Source: Dehalococcoidia bacterium
Lineage (GTDB): Bacteria; Chloroflexota; Dehalococcoidia; E44-bin15
Length of the DNA stretch: 35,736 bases
Reading direction: 5' to 3'
Assembly: GCA_031581405.1 (NCBI GenBank)
Contig: JAVLBD010000001.1
Location: forward strand, 1 to 35,736
Shown piece after piece: positions 21,910 through 30,370 of the stretch. The notes below the pieces were generated by a model that was not told the origin of the DNA, did not search any database, and saw only the letters and a program-made list of their open reading frames with translations. Each line of letters begins with the position of its first letter. Positions within the stretch are counted from its first letter, which is position 1. The position numbers and the translations under genes are program-made.

Positions 21910-22131
21910 TCATACCGTTATACTGAAAACCTCCACAAACCGAGCGATGGAGCGGTCGTATGTTTTTTCGACCTCAGGTGGAAAAAGACATCCCGGTAGC
22001 TCACCGAGCCTGTTGTGATATACTATGCAGTCGCAGCATTTCCCCTTTCTCTCACAGGGCTCATATGTGCACGTACATCTGCTCTTATTAGCAGTAACGT
22101 TGCATTCCAATTTATCAGATTTCTTTAACAT
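21910..22131 (-). CDS. Small Cys-rich protein (8 Cys; C-x10-CTCTYEPC-x5-CCDC-x14-C) of unknown function
   Basis: 73-aa ORF whose ATG lies 17 nt inside the 3' end of the MetE-like gene. The CxC..C....CCxC pattern suggests a metal or Fe-S site. I recall similar uncharacterised 'cytosolic Cys-rich' proteins in anaerobes, but this is unverified. Confidence 0.7.
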   Translation of the reverse strand: MLKKSDKLECNVTANKSRCTCTYEPCERKGKCCDCIVYHNRLGELPGCLFPPEVEKTYDRSIARFVEVFSITV

Positions 22132-23104
22132 GCCGCTTTCTAAATTCTGTGGAAACCCCGGCCAGGAGCTCCAAAGCCCATTCTGCCGCCTCCTCCGAGA
22201 GCGAATCCAGGCCGCACGATGGGGTAAGCAAACACCGCTCTTTCATAAGGCTGAGACTGACACCTTTTCGATTGAGGGCCCCAAATCCGTCTTCTAGGCG
22301 GTCAAGAAGGCTGTTTACCGTTTCACCCTGCAGGTCTTGTGCATCATGAGCTACAATGCCCCAGGCAATTACGCCACCACGATCAAGGAATGCCTTCACC
22401 TTATCAGGGTAAAGGGCAATAGTGTACCCATAATTATAGGCATCGAAGTTCAGAATGTCGAGGGATGTGGAAAGTAACATCGACCAATCGGTGTTGCCGC
22501 AGCAGTGAACCCCTTTGAGCCCGCTGATACCGGAAAAAACTTCTTCTAAAAGGCTTGTTATCTTATCCGATGAGATAGAGACAAAAGCGGAGCCAATAGA
22601 GGCCATATATGGTTCATCAACGAAGATGATTGTATTAGGGGAAATAGTCTTAATCTCCCGCTCCTGCCAGGCTGCTTTTAAATGAAGGTGTTTGGCCATA
22701 GCATCAGCAAGGGTATCGTTATAGAGGAGTGGGCGACGGTTCTCATCGGTCACTGCTAATCCCCAGGTAACCGGACCTGTAATTTGACCCTTAACGGCAA
22801 AGGGTGAACCGTGCTTCCTTTCGAGAAATGCGTGAAGGCCTGCGGCATGGTCAGAGTTTATCGCATATTTCTCGATCTTATCTTCGAGATAGGAGGAATA
22901 TAGCTTTTCAAGGGGCTTATCCAGATCTTTAGAGCTATCAACATAAATGCGTTCACTTTCTATGACAACGCCAGGGAATCCATCGCTGAACTGGGCGTAC
23001 ATATTCTCCAAAAAAGAGCGCCTAGTAAGTTGTGGCCAGGCGGGGATCTCAGGTAAGAACTTATCTACCAGTGAGCATGCCTCTTTGGGGTCGGTATGAG
23101 GCAT
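22115..23104 (-). CDS. Stand-alone MetE C-terminal-barrel-like protein: candidate folate-independent ('core') methionine synthase
   Basis: 329 aa with IIFVDEPYM (DEP), KGVHCCGN (H-x-C) and LTPSCGL (xCGL). These match the Zn/homocysteine-site motifs of cobalamin-independent methionine synthase. There is no N-terminal folate barrel. The gene is embedded among SAM-cycle genes. Confidence 0.72.
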   Translation of the reverse strand: MPHTDPKEACSLVDKFLPEIPAWPQLTRRSFLENMYAQFSDGFPGVVIESERIYVDSSKDLDKPLEKLYSSYLEDKIEKYAINSDHAAGLHAFLERKHGSPFAVKGQITGPVTWGLAVTDENRRPLLYNDTLADAMAKHLHLKAAWQEREIKTISPNTIIFVDEPYMASIGSAFVSISSDKITSLLEEVFSGISGLKGVHCCGNTDWSMLLSTSLDILNFDAYNYGYTIALYPDKVKAFLDRGGVIAWGIVAHDAQDLQGETVNSLLDRLEDGFGALNRKGVSLSLMKERCLLTPSCGLDSLSEEAAEWALELLAGVSTEFRKRHVKEI

Positions 23105-23174
23105 ACTTCCTATTATAGTAGCCAGTCCGCTGAGTTCAAATCGGGGCAGTTCGTCGCACCTCTCTAAGAAGTAA
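23105..23174 (-). promoter_or_regulatory. Candidate cis-regulatory leader RNA upstream of the MetE-like gene (SAM-I-like core fragment; helix sequestering the SD)
   Basis: The - strand reads UACUUCUUAGAGAGGUGCGACGAACUGCCCCGAUUUGAAC...AUAGGAAGUA-UG. UACUUC pairs with GAAGUA, which covers the AGGAAG SD. The AGAGAGGUG..GA..ACUG.CCCGAU..GAA string resembles the SAM-I J1/2-P2 core, but P2b pairing and the GCAACC element are not evident. Confidence 0.25.
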
Positions 23175-23234
23175 CCTTACATAGCTTTGCGGTTTACCTG
23201 GTTAACATTACGGGAGCCATTTGTGGGGTTACTT

Positions 23235-24101
23235 CTATGTTACATACTTTCCAATTAAAAGTTCCAGGTCTTCTTTTATCCGCACAGGGATCTTCTCTGG
23301 AGCTGTGATAATGGCATTCTGAAGCGCTTCAGCACAGCCACATTCCCGCTTCTCCGGTATACGTGCCGCCACAAGCCCAATAATTTTCTTTGCCTTATCG
23401 GCATTGAGCATCAGGTTGGCAAGCGCCATGTTGATGGTTACCGATTCTTCGGTTTCATGCCAGGTATCGTAGTCTGTTATACAGGCAAGCGTAGCATAGC
23501 ATATCTCTGCTTCTCTTGCCAGCTTTGCTTCTGGCAGTGCGGTCATTCCGATAATGCTTGCACCCCAGGAGCGATACAGGTTCGATTCCGCTTTGGTTGA
23601 GAAAAGCGGACCCTCCATCGCGATATATGTCCCTTCCTGGTGAACATTAGCTCCAACATCGAGTGCTGCATGATAAAGTATATCACTGAGTGTCGGGCAG
23701 AATGGCTCGGCGAAACTGACATGGGCAACCAGCCCCCCATCGAAGAAGCTGTTTACACGGCTCTTGGTACGGTCGATGATCTGATCTGGTACAACGAGAT
23801 CAAGAGGGTGGATACCCTCTTTCAGGCTTCCTACTGCACTGACAGAGATTATCCACTCCACGCCAAGCGCCTTTAAAGCATAGATATTGGCCCGTGATGG
23901 AATCTCGGTGGGGCTGATAGTGTGACCCCTGCCATGTCGTGGTAAAAAGGCAATGCTTCTACCATCCAACTCGCCAGTAATAATCGCATCGCTTGGCTCA
24001 CCGAAGGGAGTGTTTGGCCTCACTTCCTCGACATTGGTCATCCCCGCTATCTCGTAGAGGCCGCTTCCCCCAATAACCCCTATTTTTACGGCAGTATTCA
24101 A
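23235..24101 (-). CDS. mtnP: S-methyl-5'-thioadenosine phosphorylase
   Basis: IGVIGGSGLY N-terminus, ...FLPRHGRGH... and ...IGMT..PEA.LAREAE.CYA. are typical of MTAP/PNP family 2. Confidence 0.9.
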   Translation of the reverse strand: MNTAVKIGVIGGSGLYEIAGMTNVEEVRPNTPFGEPSDAIITGELDGRSIAFLPRHGRGHTISPTEIPSRANIYALKALGVEWIISVSAVGSLKEGIHPLDLVVPDQIIDRTKSRVNSFFDGGLVAHVSFAEPFCPTLSDILYHAALDVGANVHQEGTYIAMEGPLFSTKAESNLYRSWGASIIGMTALPEAKLAREAEICYATLACITDYDTWHETEESVTINMALANLMLNADKAKKIIGLVAARIPEKRECGCAEALQNAIITAPEKIPVRIKEDLELLIGKYVT

Positions 24102-24173
24102 GCACTTCCGCCTTTCTCTTCAGTATACTTAGTAAATATGCTGCAACTGTCCAGTGTCTGATAAATATAACTT

Positions 24174-25190
24174 CTATAACCTATCTTTGTAGGGCTCCCT
24201 GATTACGCCTCGCTCAGTAATTATAGCAGATATGTAGCGATGAGGGGTGATATCGAAGGCGGGATTTGCTACATTCACTCCTGCCGGGGCGATAGGAACC
24301 CCCCTTATATGGGTAACCTCTTCTGGACTTCGCTCCTCAATGGGGATCTCATTCCCTGATTCCAGTGAGTAGTCTATAGTACTTATCGGGGCAGCGACAT
24401 AGAAAGGGACGCCATTTTCCATTGCGAGAACTGCCAAATTATAGGTACCAATCTTGTTGGCAACATCGCCATTTGAGGCAATCCGGTCAGCACCTAAGAT
24501 AACGCAATCTATCACTCCTCTAGATAGAAAATGACCCGTCATCGTATCCGTGATTAGAGTAAAGGGGATGTTATATTTCAACAGCTCCCACGCGGTGAGG
24601 CGCGCTCCCTGGAGAAGAGGACGTGTTTCGCTGGGGAATACGTGGATTTTTTTGCCGCTATCCCATGCTGTGCGGATGACTCCCAGCGCGGAGCCGTATC
24701 CTGCTGCCAGTGCCCCGGTGTTACAATGTGTCATTATATTGAAACCATCTTTTATCAACTCTGCACCATAAGAGCTAAGTTTTCGCTCCGCCGCATCGTC
24801 TTCGGCATCCAACTTTTGAGCCTCGGCAAGTAGCGTTGCCTTTATTTCGTCCACGCTCTCGCCAGCTTCGGCTACTTTGTTCATCCTTTCCAGGGCCCAG
24901 AATAGGTTGACTGCGGTCGGTCTTGTAGCAGCCAGCGTCTCGGAAATAGGGCTAAGTTTAGCTAAAAATTCCTTTTTCGAAGTAGCCTCGATCTCCCGAG
25001 CCCCTAATGCCATTCCATATGCAGCAGTGATTCCTATAGCAGGGGCACCTCGAATCCTCATATCCTTAATCGCGGACGCCACCTCGCGATAGTCTGAAAG
25101 TTGTAGATAAACCTCCTCCCATGGAAGCTTGGTCTGATCGATCATCACAACCTTGCCCGCGATCCATTCTATAGCTTTAAATGCACTCAT
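24174..25190 (-). CDS. mtnA: S-methyl-5-thioribose-1-phosphate isomerase (eIF-2B-like family)
   Basis: [21 protein letters not shown]..., GAPAIG and [18 protein letters not shown]. The ATG at 25190, with a GAGAGG SD, is preferred over the upstream in-frame ATG at 25265. Confidence 0.9.
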   Translation of the reverse strand: MSAFKAIEWIAGKVVMIDQTKLPWEEVYLQLSDYREVASAIKDMRIRGAPAIGITAAYGMALGAREIEATSKKEFLAKLSPISETLAATRPTAVNLFWALERMNKVAEAGESVDEIKATLLAEAQKLDAEDDAAERKLSSYGAELIKDGFNIMTHCNTGALAAGYGSALGVIRTAWDSGKKIHVFPSETRPLLQGARLTAWELLKYNIPFTLITDTMTGHFLSRGVIDCVILGADRIASNGDVANKIGTYNLAVLAMENGVPFYVAAPISTIDYSLESGNEIPIEERSPEEVTHIRGVPIAPAGVNVANPAFDITPHRYISAIITERGVIREPYKDRL

Positions 25191-25601
25191 TTTAAACCTC
25201 TCATCTACTCCTCTATTAATTGATTCTCCTTTTTCACCATTGCTGGTGTAGTATATGCCTTCCACATGGAATCTCTCCTGTATCGCGGTCAGGATCTGCT
25301 GGGTCTATTTATCGTCCTCGCAATCGACTGGTTTGATAACTGCTACCAGCCGCAATAACACAGCAGTTGCGGTGATGCTTCTTTTCGGGGAGGCCCATAC
25401 AAGGTCCATTAGGTTCAAAGAAGAAACGTAGGAGTCATTGATCATTACGAAAAGGGGGGCTTAGAAGAGTAACTGCAGCCGCAGGTGCCCTTTACCCCGG
25501 TATCTTCCATGTGTACTCTACAACCTCATACCATAGTCAGCATCTATGTTTCATCTCACTTTAGGAGCTCTAATTGAATGTTAACCAACCCCTTATCCGA
25601 C

Positions 25602-26114
25602 CTAATATTTAATCAGGGATATGATCGGATAATCTTTCAACCTGTGCCTTGCGTTGAGGAATGTCAGTTCAATGAGAAAAGCGATGCCAATAATATGCCC
25701 GCCAAGTTCCTCTACAAGTTCGATTGTAGCTGATACTGTCCCACCTGTTGCCAGGAGATCGTCTATTACTAGCACCTTCTGGCCAGGCACGATGGCGTCC
25801 TTATGCATATGGAGAGTATCAACCCCATACTCAAGGGAATACTCAGCACTGATGCATTCAGTGGGAAGTTTCAGTGGCTTTCGCACTGGAACAAAGGCAG
25901 CACCCAGATTGTATGCCAGGGGAGCGCCAAGAATGAATCCTCTTGCTTCTGCAGCGACGACAACCTCAACTTCCTTATCACGATAGCTTTCAGTTAAGAG
26001 ATCGATTAAGTATCTGAAGGCTGCGGCGTCTTGAAGTAAAGGGGTAATATCCTTGAAAACGATTCCTTTCTTGGGGAAGTCTGGTACATCACGGATCCTT
26101 CCTTCTAGATTCAT
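25602..26114 (-). CDS. apt: Adenine phosphoribosyltransferase
   Basis: ...IRDVPDFPKKGIVFKDITPLL... and the PRPP loop VLVIDDLLATGGT. The ATG at 26114 has a GGAGAG SD 7 nt upstream, so the TTG at 26129 in the ORF track is rejected. Confidence 0.93.
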   Translation of the reverse strand: MNLEGRIRDVPDFPKKGIVFKDITPLLQDAAAFRYLIDLLTESYRDKEVEVVVAAEARGFILGAPLAYNLGAAFVPVRKPLKLPTECISAEYSLEYGVDTLHMHKDAIVPGQKVLVIDDLLATGGTVSATIELVEELGGHIIGIAFLIELTFLNARHRLKDYPIISLIKY

Positions 26115-26144
26115 TGTTACACTCTCCAATCTAGCGTTTCGCTA

Positions 26145-26663
26145 TCAACTACAACCATCCACACAATAAAGATCGGGCAGATTGCGAAACCGCTCGTCGT
26201 AGTCCAGACCATAGCCTACCACAAACCTGTTGGGGATGGTTAAACCTAGGTAATCGATGGGGACGGGGATTATTCTTCGTGAGGGCTTATCGAAGAGGGT
26301 GCATAGTTTCAATGAGGATACCCTCTTTTTTCTTAGATAATCCAGGAAATAGCCCATAGTGAGACCCGTATCCACGATGTCCTCGATAATCAGGACGTCC
26401 CTCCCTTTCAACGGGGTACGCAGCCCCTGTACTACCGTGATCTTGGCCGAGCTTACCCTTGACGAGCCATAGCTTGAGAGGCGGACGAAGTCTATCTCCA
26501 CGGGTATTTCCAGTAGGCGGATGATATCAGCCATGAAAACGAAGGAGCCCTTGAGAATGCCCAAGAGAAGGGGATATTTCCCCTGATAGTCTCTGCTGAT
26601 CTCTTGGGCCAGCCTGGCGACCTGTTTCTCTATTTCCTCTTTGGTAATCAGAATTTCAACCAC
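26145..26663 (-). CDS. hpt: Hypoxanthine(-guanine) phosphoribosyltransferase
   Basis: GTG start, ...LLGILKGSFVFMADI... and the PRPP loop VLIIEDIVDTGLT; 172 aa. Confidence 0.92.
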   Translation of the reverse strand: MVEILITKEEIEKQVARLAQEISRDYQGKYPLLLGILKGSFVFMADIIRLLEIPVEIDFVRLSSYGSSRVSSAKITVVQGLRTPLKGRDVLIIEDIVDTGLTMGYFLDYLRKKRVSSLKLCTLFDKPSRRIIPVPIDYLGLTIPNRFVVGYGLDYDERFRNLPDLYCVDGCS

Positions 26664-26772
26664 GTTATAACTTCATCATTGTGATTATTGGAATACACAC
26701 TTATGCGCCAATTATATTTATAGCCCTTAAATTTGTCTAGCTGTTGTTATAGGCAGCCAGCGCTCGACATAA

Positions 26773-27549
26773 TTACAGCCTTGGAATTATGGCTATATGA
26801 GGTGACCTGGTAATGGGGTGCTGTGTTACGTGAACCGAGGTGGCGAAAACATTCTCAATGGTTTCAGCAGTTAGCAATGTTTCGGGGTTGCCGTCAGTGA
26901 AGATGCGGCCTTCCTTGAGGAGAATTAATCTATCAAAGTAAATGGCAGCCAGATTGAGGTCGTGTATCGCTGCGATGACCGTAACCCCCTGTTCGCCGTT
27001 AAGGCGTTTGACGAGATCAAGGATCTCCACCTGATGATTGATATCCAGGTGTGCCGTAGGTTCGTCCAAGAGAAGTACTTTGGGTTCTTGAGCTAGCGCC
27101 ATGGCGAGGATTGCCTTCTGACGCTCCCCACCGCTCAGTTCATTGAAGAACCGATCCTTCAATGGTGCCAGCCCGATGAGCTCGATGGCCTGTTCGACCA
27201 CGCGACGATCTTGCTCCCCCTCATCGGAGAAGAGACTAAGGAAGGGGGTTCTTCCCAGGAGCACCACCTCCCTCAGGTTAAAGGCAAAAGGCATGCTGAA
27301 CTGCTGAGGTACCACGGCGACACACTGTGCAACCTGCTTCCTTTTCATCCTGCCTAGTATTGAGCCGTTCAAATGAATATCACCGGCTGTGGGTCGCAGC
27401 ACACCGCTCAAGAGCTTGATTAGAGTGGTCTTCCCCGAACCATTGGGTCCCAGGAGAGCTACCATCTCGCCTTCCTGTACTAATAGGTCGATATTGTGTA
27501 ACACGGGGGTCTTACCGTATGAGAAGTAGACCTGATTAATGTTAATCAT
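26773..27549 (-). CDS. ABC transporter ATP-binding protein, BtuD/FecE type
   Basis: Walker A GPNGSGKTT, signature LSGGERQ and Walker B LLLDEPTAHLD. The start overlaps the permease stop. Confidence 0.93.
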   Translation of the reverse strand: MININQVYFSYGKTPVLHNIDLLVQEGEMVALLGPNGSGKTTLIKLLSGVLRPTAGDIHLNGSILGRMKRKQVAQCVAVVPQQFSMPFAFNLREVVLLGRTPFLSLFSDEGEQDRRVVEQAIELIGLAPLKDRFFNELSGGERQKAILAMALAQEPKVLLLDEPTAHLDINHQVEILDLVKRLNGEQGVTVIAAIHDLNLAAIYFDRLILLKEGRIFTDGNPETLLTAETIENVFATSVHVTQHPITRSPHIAIIPRL

Positions 27550-28604
27550 TAAAAGGCGTATTCCCTTCTGTGTCGTCTCAACAGGTAGATGAAGAATGGG
27601 GCACCGATAATGGCGGTGATAACCCCTAGCGGGATCTCTCTCGGGGCAAGCAAAGTGCGGGCAAGTAGGTCAGCGAGGACGATGAAGGCAGCGCCAGTAA
27701 GTGCTGATGCAGGCAACAGGAGACGGTGGTCAGCTCCCAGTACCAATCTTACCGCATGGGGAACCACCAGCCCGACGAAGCCAACCAGCCCACTCAAAGA
27801 AACGGCCGCTGCTGTTAGCAAGGAGCCCAGGCTAAGAACGAGAAGCTTTTCCCTCTCAACATTAATACCCAGGTATGCAGCACCTTCCTCGCCTAAGGAG
27901 AGTGCATTAAGGCGAGAGGCAAGGAAGCGAGCAGCGACAATCCCCCCAATTATAAGAGGGGCGATGATGATTATCTGGTTCCACCCGGTTACCGAGATAC
28001 TTCCCATAAGGAAAGAAAATACGTTCTCAAGAAGCCCCGGTGTGCCACTTAAGGCCACCATGAAGAAAATGACCGCCGTCAACATAGCGCTTATGGCAAA
28101 CCCTGCAAGCAGCATGCTAACTATTGGTGTTTTGCCTCCCACTCTGGCCAGGTTATACACCAGGAGAACAGCGCCCAACGCCCCGAAAAAAGCGGCGATG
28201 GGTACAAGCCCAAAGCTGAGGAAGACAATGCTTATTGGGAGCATCAGGGCAATGGTTGCGCCAAAGGCAGCACCTGCTGAAGTACCTATTATATAAGGGT
28301 CCGCCATGGGGTTCCGCAGCATCCCCTGGAAAAGCACCCCCGCTGATGCTAACGCGGCTCCAACCAGTGCCGAGGCAATGACTCGGGGAAGCCTGATCTG
28401 GAACAGGATGGTCTCCGCGCTGGGTGGCCAAGTAGGTGAGAAATGGGAAAGCCCCGTCTTATTTAGGGTCATCTTTAGTATACTTAGCGTAGAGATATGC
28501 ACCGCCCCGATAGAAACGGCAACGAGCATGCATAGCAGCAGTATTGCACCCAGTGCTACCAGGATAAGCAGCCGGCGATTTCGCTTCAGTCTAGTGGGCA
28601 ACAA
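27549..28604 (-). CDS. FecCD/BtuC-family ABC permease
   Basis: 351-aa polytopic membrane protein with ...RLPRV..A.LVGAALA.AG...Q...RNP.ADP...G.S.GA... typical of the FecCD family. Confidence 0.92.
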   Translation of the reverse strand: MLPTRLKRNRRLLILVALGAILLLCMLVAVSIGAVHISTLSILKMTLNKTGLSHFSPTWPPSAETILFQIRLPRVIASALVGAALASAGVLFQGMLRNPMADPYIIGTSAGAAFGATIALMLPISIVFLSFGLVPIAAFFGALGAVLLVYNLARVGGKTPIVSMLLAGFAISAMLTAVIFFMVALSGTPGLLENVFSFLMGSISVTGWNQIIIIAPLIIGGIVAARFLASRLNALSLGEEGAAYLGINVEREKLLVLSLGSLLTAAAVSLSGLVGFVGLVVPHAVRLVLGADHRLLLPASALTGAAFIVLADLLARTLLAPREIPLGVITAIIGAPFFIYLLRRHRREYAF

Positions 28605-28695
28605 TAATCCCCCTCATCGCATATATGGTCAACTGGCGTTATGGACTTTAAGCACCATCGACATCGGACTATTATAGCGAGTACTCAAGTTACCT

Positions 28696-29979
28696 TTACT
28701 CGAATAGTTCTGGGTGGATAATCTTGGCCATCTCCTCAAGACCATCAAAGATGCGGGGGCCTGGACGGGAGATAAGGTCCACGTTTATAGGATATATCGA
28801 TACATTCTGAACAGCTCTCAATGTGCCCCAGCCCTCGCGTGCTACTACATCATCAGGCGATACCCAGGGGTAATCGCCAAGAATGATCATGTCGGGATCA
28901 CGGGTAATGAGCTCCTCTATAGAAAACTCAGTCCAACCATCAACTGCGCTCGCAATGTTCTCGCCGGCTGCCAGGGTGATGAGAATGTCGACGAATGTAC
29001 CGCTGCCTGCGGTCCATGGCAGAGCTTGGTTGGAAGCGTCTAGCTCATAGAAGACTGTGGGCGTTGTATTGGCGGAAGCGGTTATTGTACAGGTGGAGAC
29101 CATATGAGCTTCCATTTCGTCGATGAGTTCCTCTGCCTCGTTCTCTTTGCCGGTAATCTCGCCCGCTAGCTCGATATCCTCCAAAATATCTGCAATATCA
29201 TGTGGTTGAAGTATAACGACAGGTATCCTCAGGCCCTCAAGATCATAGACGTAGTCCGGAACTGTCTCTCCTACAGCGAAAGCTATGTCGGGATTCAGAC
29301 TAACGATGGTCTCCAGGTTAAAACTCGGCCAGGGAGCACCGACCCTTTGTATTTCGCCAGCATCAATTTTAGCTAGCAGCTCTTCAGGATAATCACAGAA
29401 GTCGGTTACCCCCACGATCTTATCACCCAGACCGAGGGCAAACAGAATCTCAGTGTTGCTCGGTGACAAGGAAACAATCCGCTGGGGAATCTCCGATACG
29501 GTTACTGTCCTATCGAGGTCATCAGTTATCGTTATTGGCCCCGGCGCTGCGGAAACAGTCATGTAGCAACTTCTTGTAGCTGTCCCTGCTATCCCATCGG
29601 CAGCGGTAGCACTAACAATGAAATTCCCTGTTACAGTTGGTGCTATCCAGGTAACTATACTACCCAATCCTGAAATCGTTCCACCGGTAGCTGACCAGGT
29701 ATAGGTAAGGGTGTCGTCATCAGGATCGCTAGCTATGCAGGTTATGACAGAAGTTCCTACCGGATGTACACTTGAGGGAGAGGCCTTAAGACTGGTAATC
29801 TCTGGTTGACTGTTGGGTAGCGGTGTCGGTGTTGGTGTAGGAGTAGGTGTCGGTATGGGCGTCGACGTGGGTAACGATGTCGGTGTTGGAGTAGGGGTTG
29901 ACGCCGGTGTAGTGGTGCAGGCTGTCATTAGAGTAAGCGCTACGACCAATGAAAATAAAATCATAGCTAGACTTCTCAT
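28696..29979 (-). CDS. Lipoprotein: BtuF/FecB-type periplasmic-binding domain fused to an N-terminal Thr/Pro linker and an Ig/PKD-like domain
   Basis: GGAGGA SD. Signal peptide plus lipobox-like LMTAC. A TP-rich stretch of about 35 aa. A segment with ASDPDDDTLTYTWSATGG (PKD-like DPDxDxLTYxW). The C-terminal ~290 aa carry RIVSLSPSNTEILFALGLGDKIVGVT, typical of class III SBPs. Confidence 0.88.
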   Translation of the reverse strand: MRSLAMILFSLVVALTLMTACTTTPASTPTPTPTSLPTSTPIPTPTPTPTPTPLPNSQPEITSLKASPSSVHPVGTSVITCIASDPDDDTLTYTWSATGGTISGLGSIVTWIAPTVTGNFIVSATAADGIAGTATRSCYMTVSAAPGPITITDDLDRTVTVSEIPQRIVSLSPSNTEILFALGLGDKIVGVTDFCDYPEELLAKIDAGEIQRVGAPWPSFNLETIVSLNPDIAFAVGETVPDYVYDLEGLRIPVVILQPHDIADILEDIELAGEITGKENEAEELIDEMEAHMVSTCTITASANTTPTVFYELDASNQALPWTAGSGTFVDILITLAAGENIASAVDGWTEFSIEELITRDPDMIILGDYPWVSPDDVVAREGWGTLRAVQNVSIYPINVDLISRPGPRIFDGLEEMAKIIHPELFE

Positions 29980-30032
29980 TGAATCCTCCTCGTATTTTAC
30001 GTGTAATTTAATTGTACAAGTGCATAATGCAT

Positions 30033-30065
30033 AAAAAATCCCCTCGCTCTGCAGAACGAGGGGAT
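30033..30065 (-). terminator. Intrinsic terminator forming the expression platform of the cobalamin riboswitch
   Basis: The - strand reads UCCCCUCG-uucugcaga-GCGAGGGGA followed by UUUUUUAU, about 50 nt upstream of the SBP ATG. Confidence 0.7.
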
Positions 30066-30067
30066 AC

Positions 30068-30240
30068 CCACGCTATCTTAGCATGCTTCCCACCCCCTTT
30101 TATCCGCGGAGGTAACAGGAAATCCGGAGGCTGGCGTTCTGACTTCCCTGAATAAGCTCAGGGTAACAGCAGGCGGTACTGCGCCGGATTCTCACCGGCT
30201 TGCCGCCCCTTTAAGCCCTTGCTCGCGCTTGGGCACCTCT
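30068..30240 (-). promoter_or_regulatory. Cobalamin (B12) riboswitch aptamer
   Basis: The - strand contains GGUGCC...UUAAAGGGG...GCCGGUGAGAAUCCGGCGCAGUACCGCCUGCUGU...GGGAAGUCAGAACGCCAGCC. This matches the conserved CCGGUGAnAAUCCGG..GCAG.CCCCGCCACUGU core and the AGUCAG...GCC B12-box region. It sits upstream of a BtuFCD-type operon. Confidence 0.85.
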
Positions 30241-30268
30241 GGGTCTGTTATTCAGTTTTACGACAATA

Positions 30269-30297
30269 AATATATCATAAGCCCGGCTAAAGGTCAA
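30269..30297 (-). promoter_or_regulatory. Sigma-70-like promoter for the riboswitch/btuFCD transcript
   Basis: On the - strand: TTGACC (30297-30292), a 17-nt spacer, then TATATT (30274-30269), about 30 nt upstream of the aptamer. Confidence 0.5.
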
Positions 30298-30309
30298 CAA
30301 TCATCTGTC

Positions 30310-30338
30310 TTGACACCACTCGCGCTCATGGTTATCAT
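30310..30338 (+). promoter_or_regulatory. Sigma-70-like promoter for the divergent crotonase operon
   Basis: TTGACA (30310-30315), a 17-nt spacer, then TATCAT (30333-30338), 33 nt upstream of the GTG at 30371. Confidence 0.5.
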
Positions 30339-30370
30339 CGATAAGAGACTTTTTAACTGGACGGTTAACC

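Noticed and set aside
25400-25420. GGTTCAAA-type strings (here and at about 23137) resembling tRNA T-loops
   Set aside because: The flanking bases do not form a T-stem. No acceptor, D or anticodon arms can be drawn, so these are not tRNAs.
25266-25560. Short ORFs in the apt-mtnA spacer (a 31-codon + strand ORF at 25266, and 20- and 34-codon - strand ORFs)
   Set aside because: None has an SD, a recognisable motif or coupling to neighbours, unlike the 29-codon ORF at 21734-21823. They are treated as chance ORFs.
27589-28296. 235-aa + strand ORF, the longest of many antisense ORFs (others include 16052-16624, 19538-20047, 20257-20733, 1258-1731, 13119-13481, 33909-34343, 25654-25986)
   Set aside because: All lie entirely antisense to ORFs with clear family signatures. 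They have Ala/Pro/Ser/Arg/Thr-skewed low-complexity translations, no recognisable motifs and no SD. These are typical shadow ORFs.
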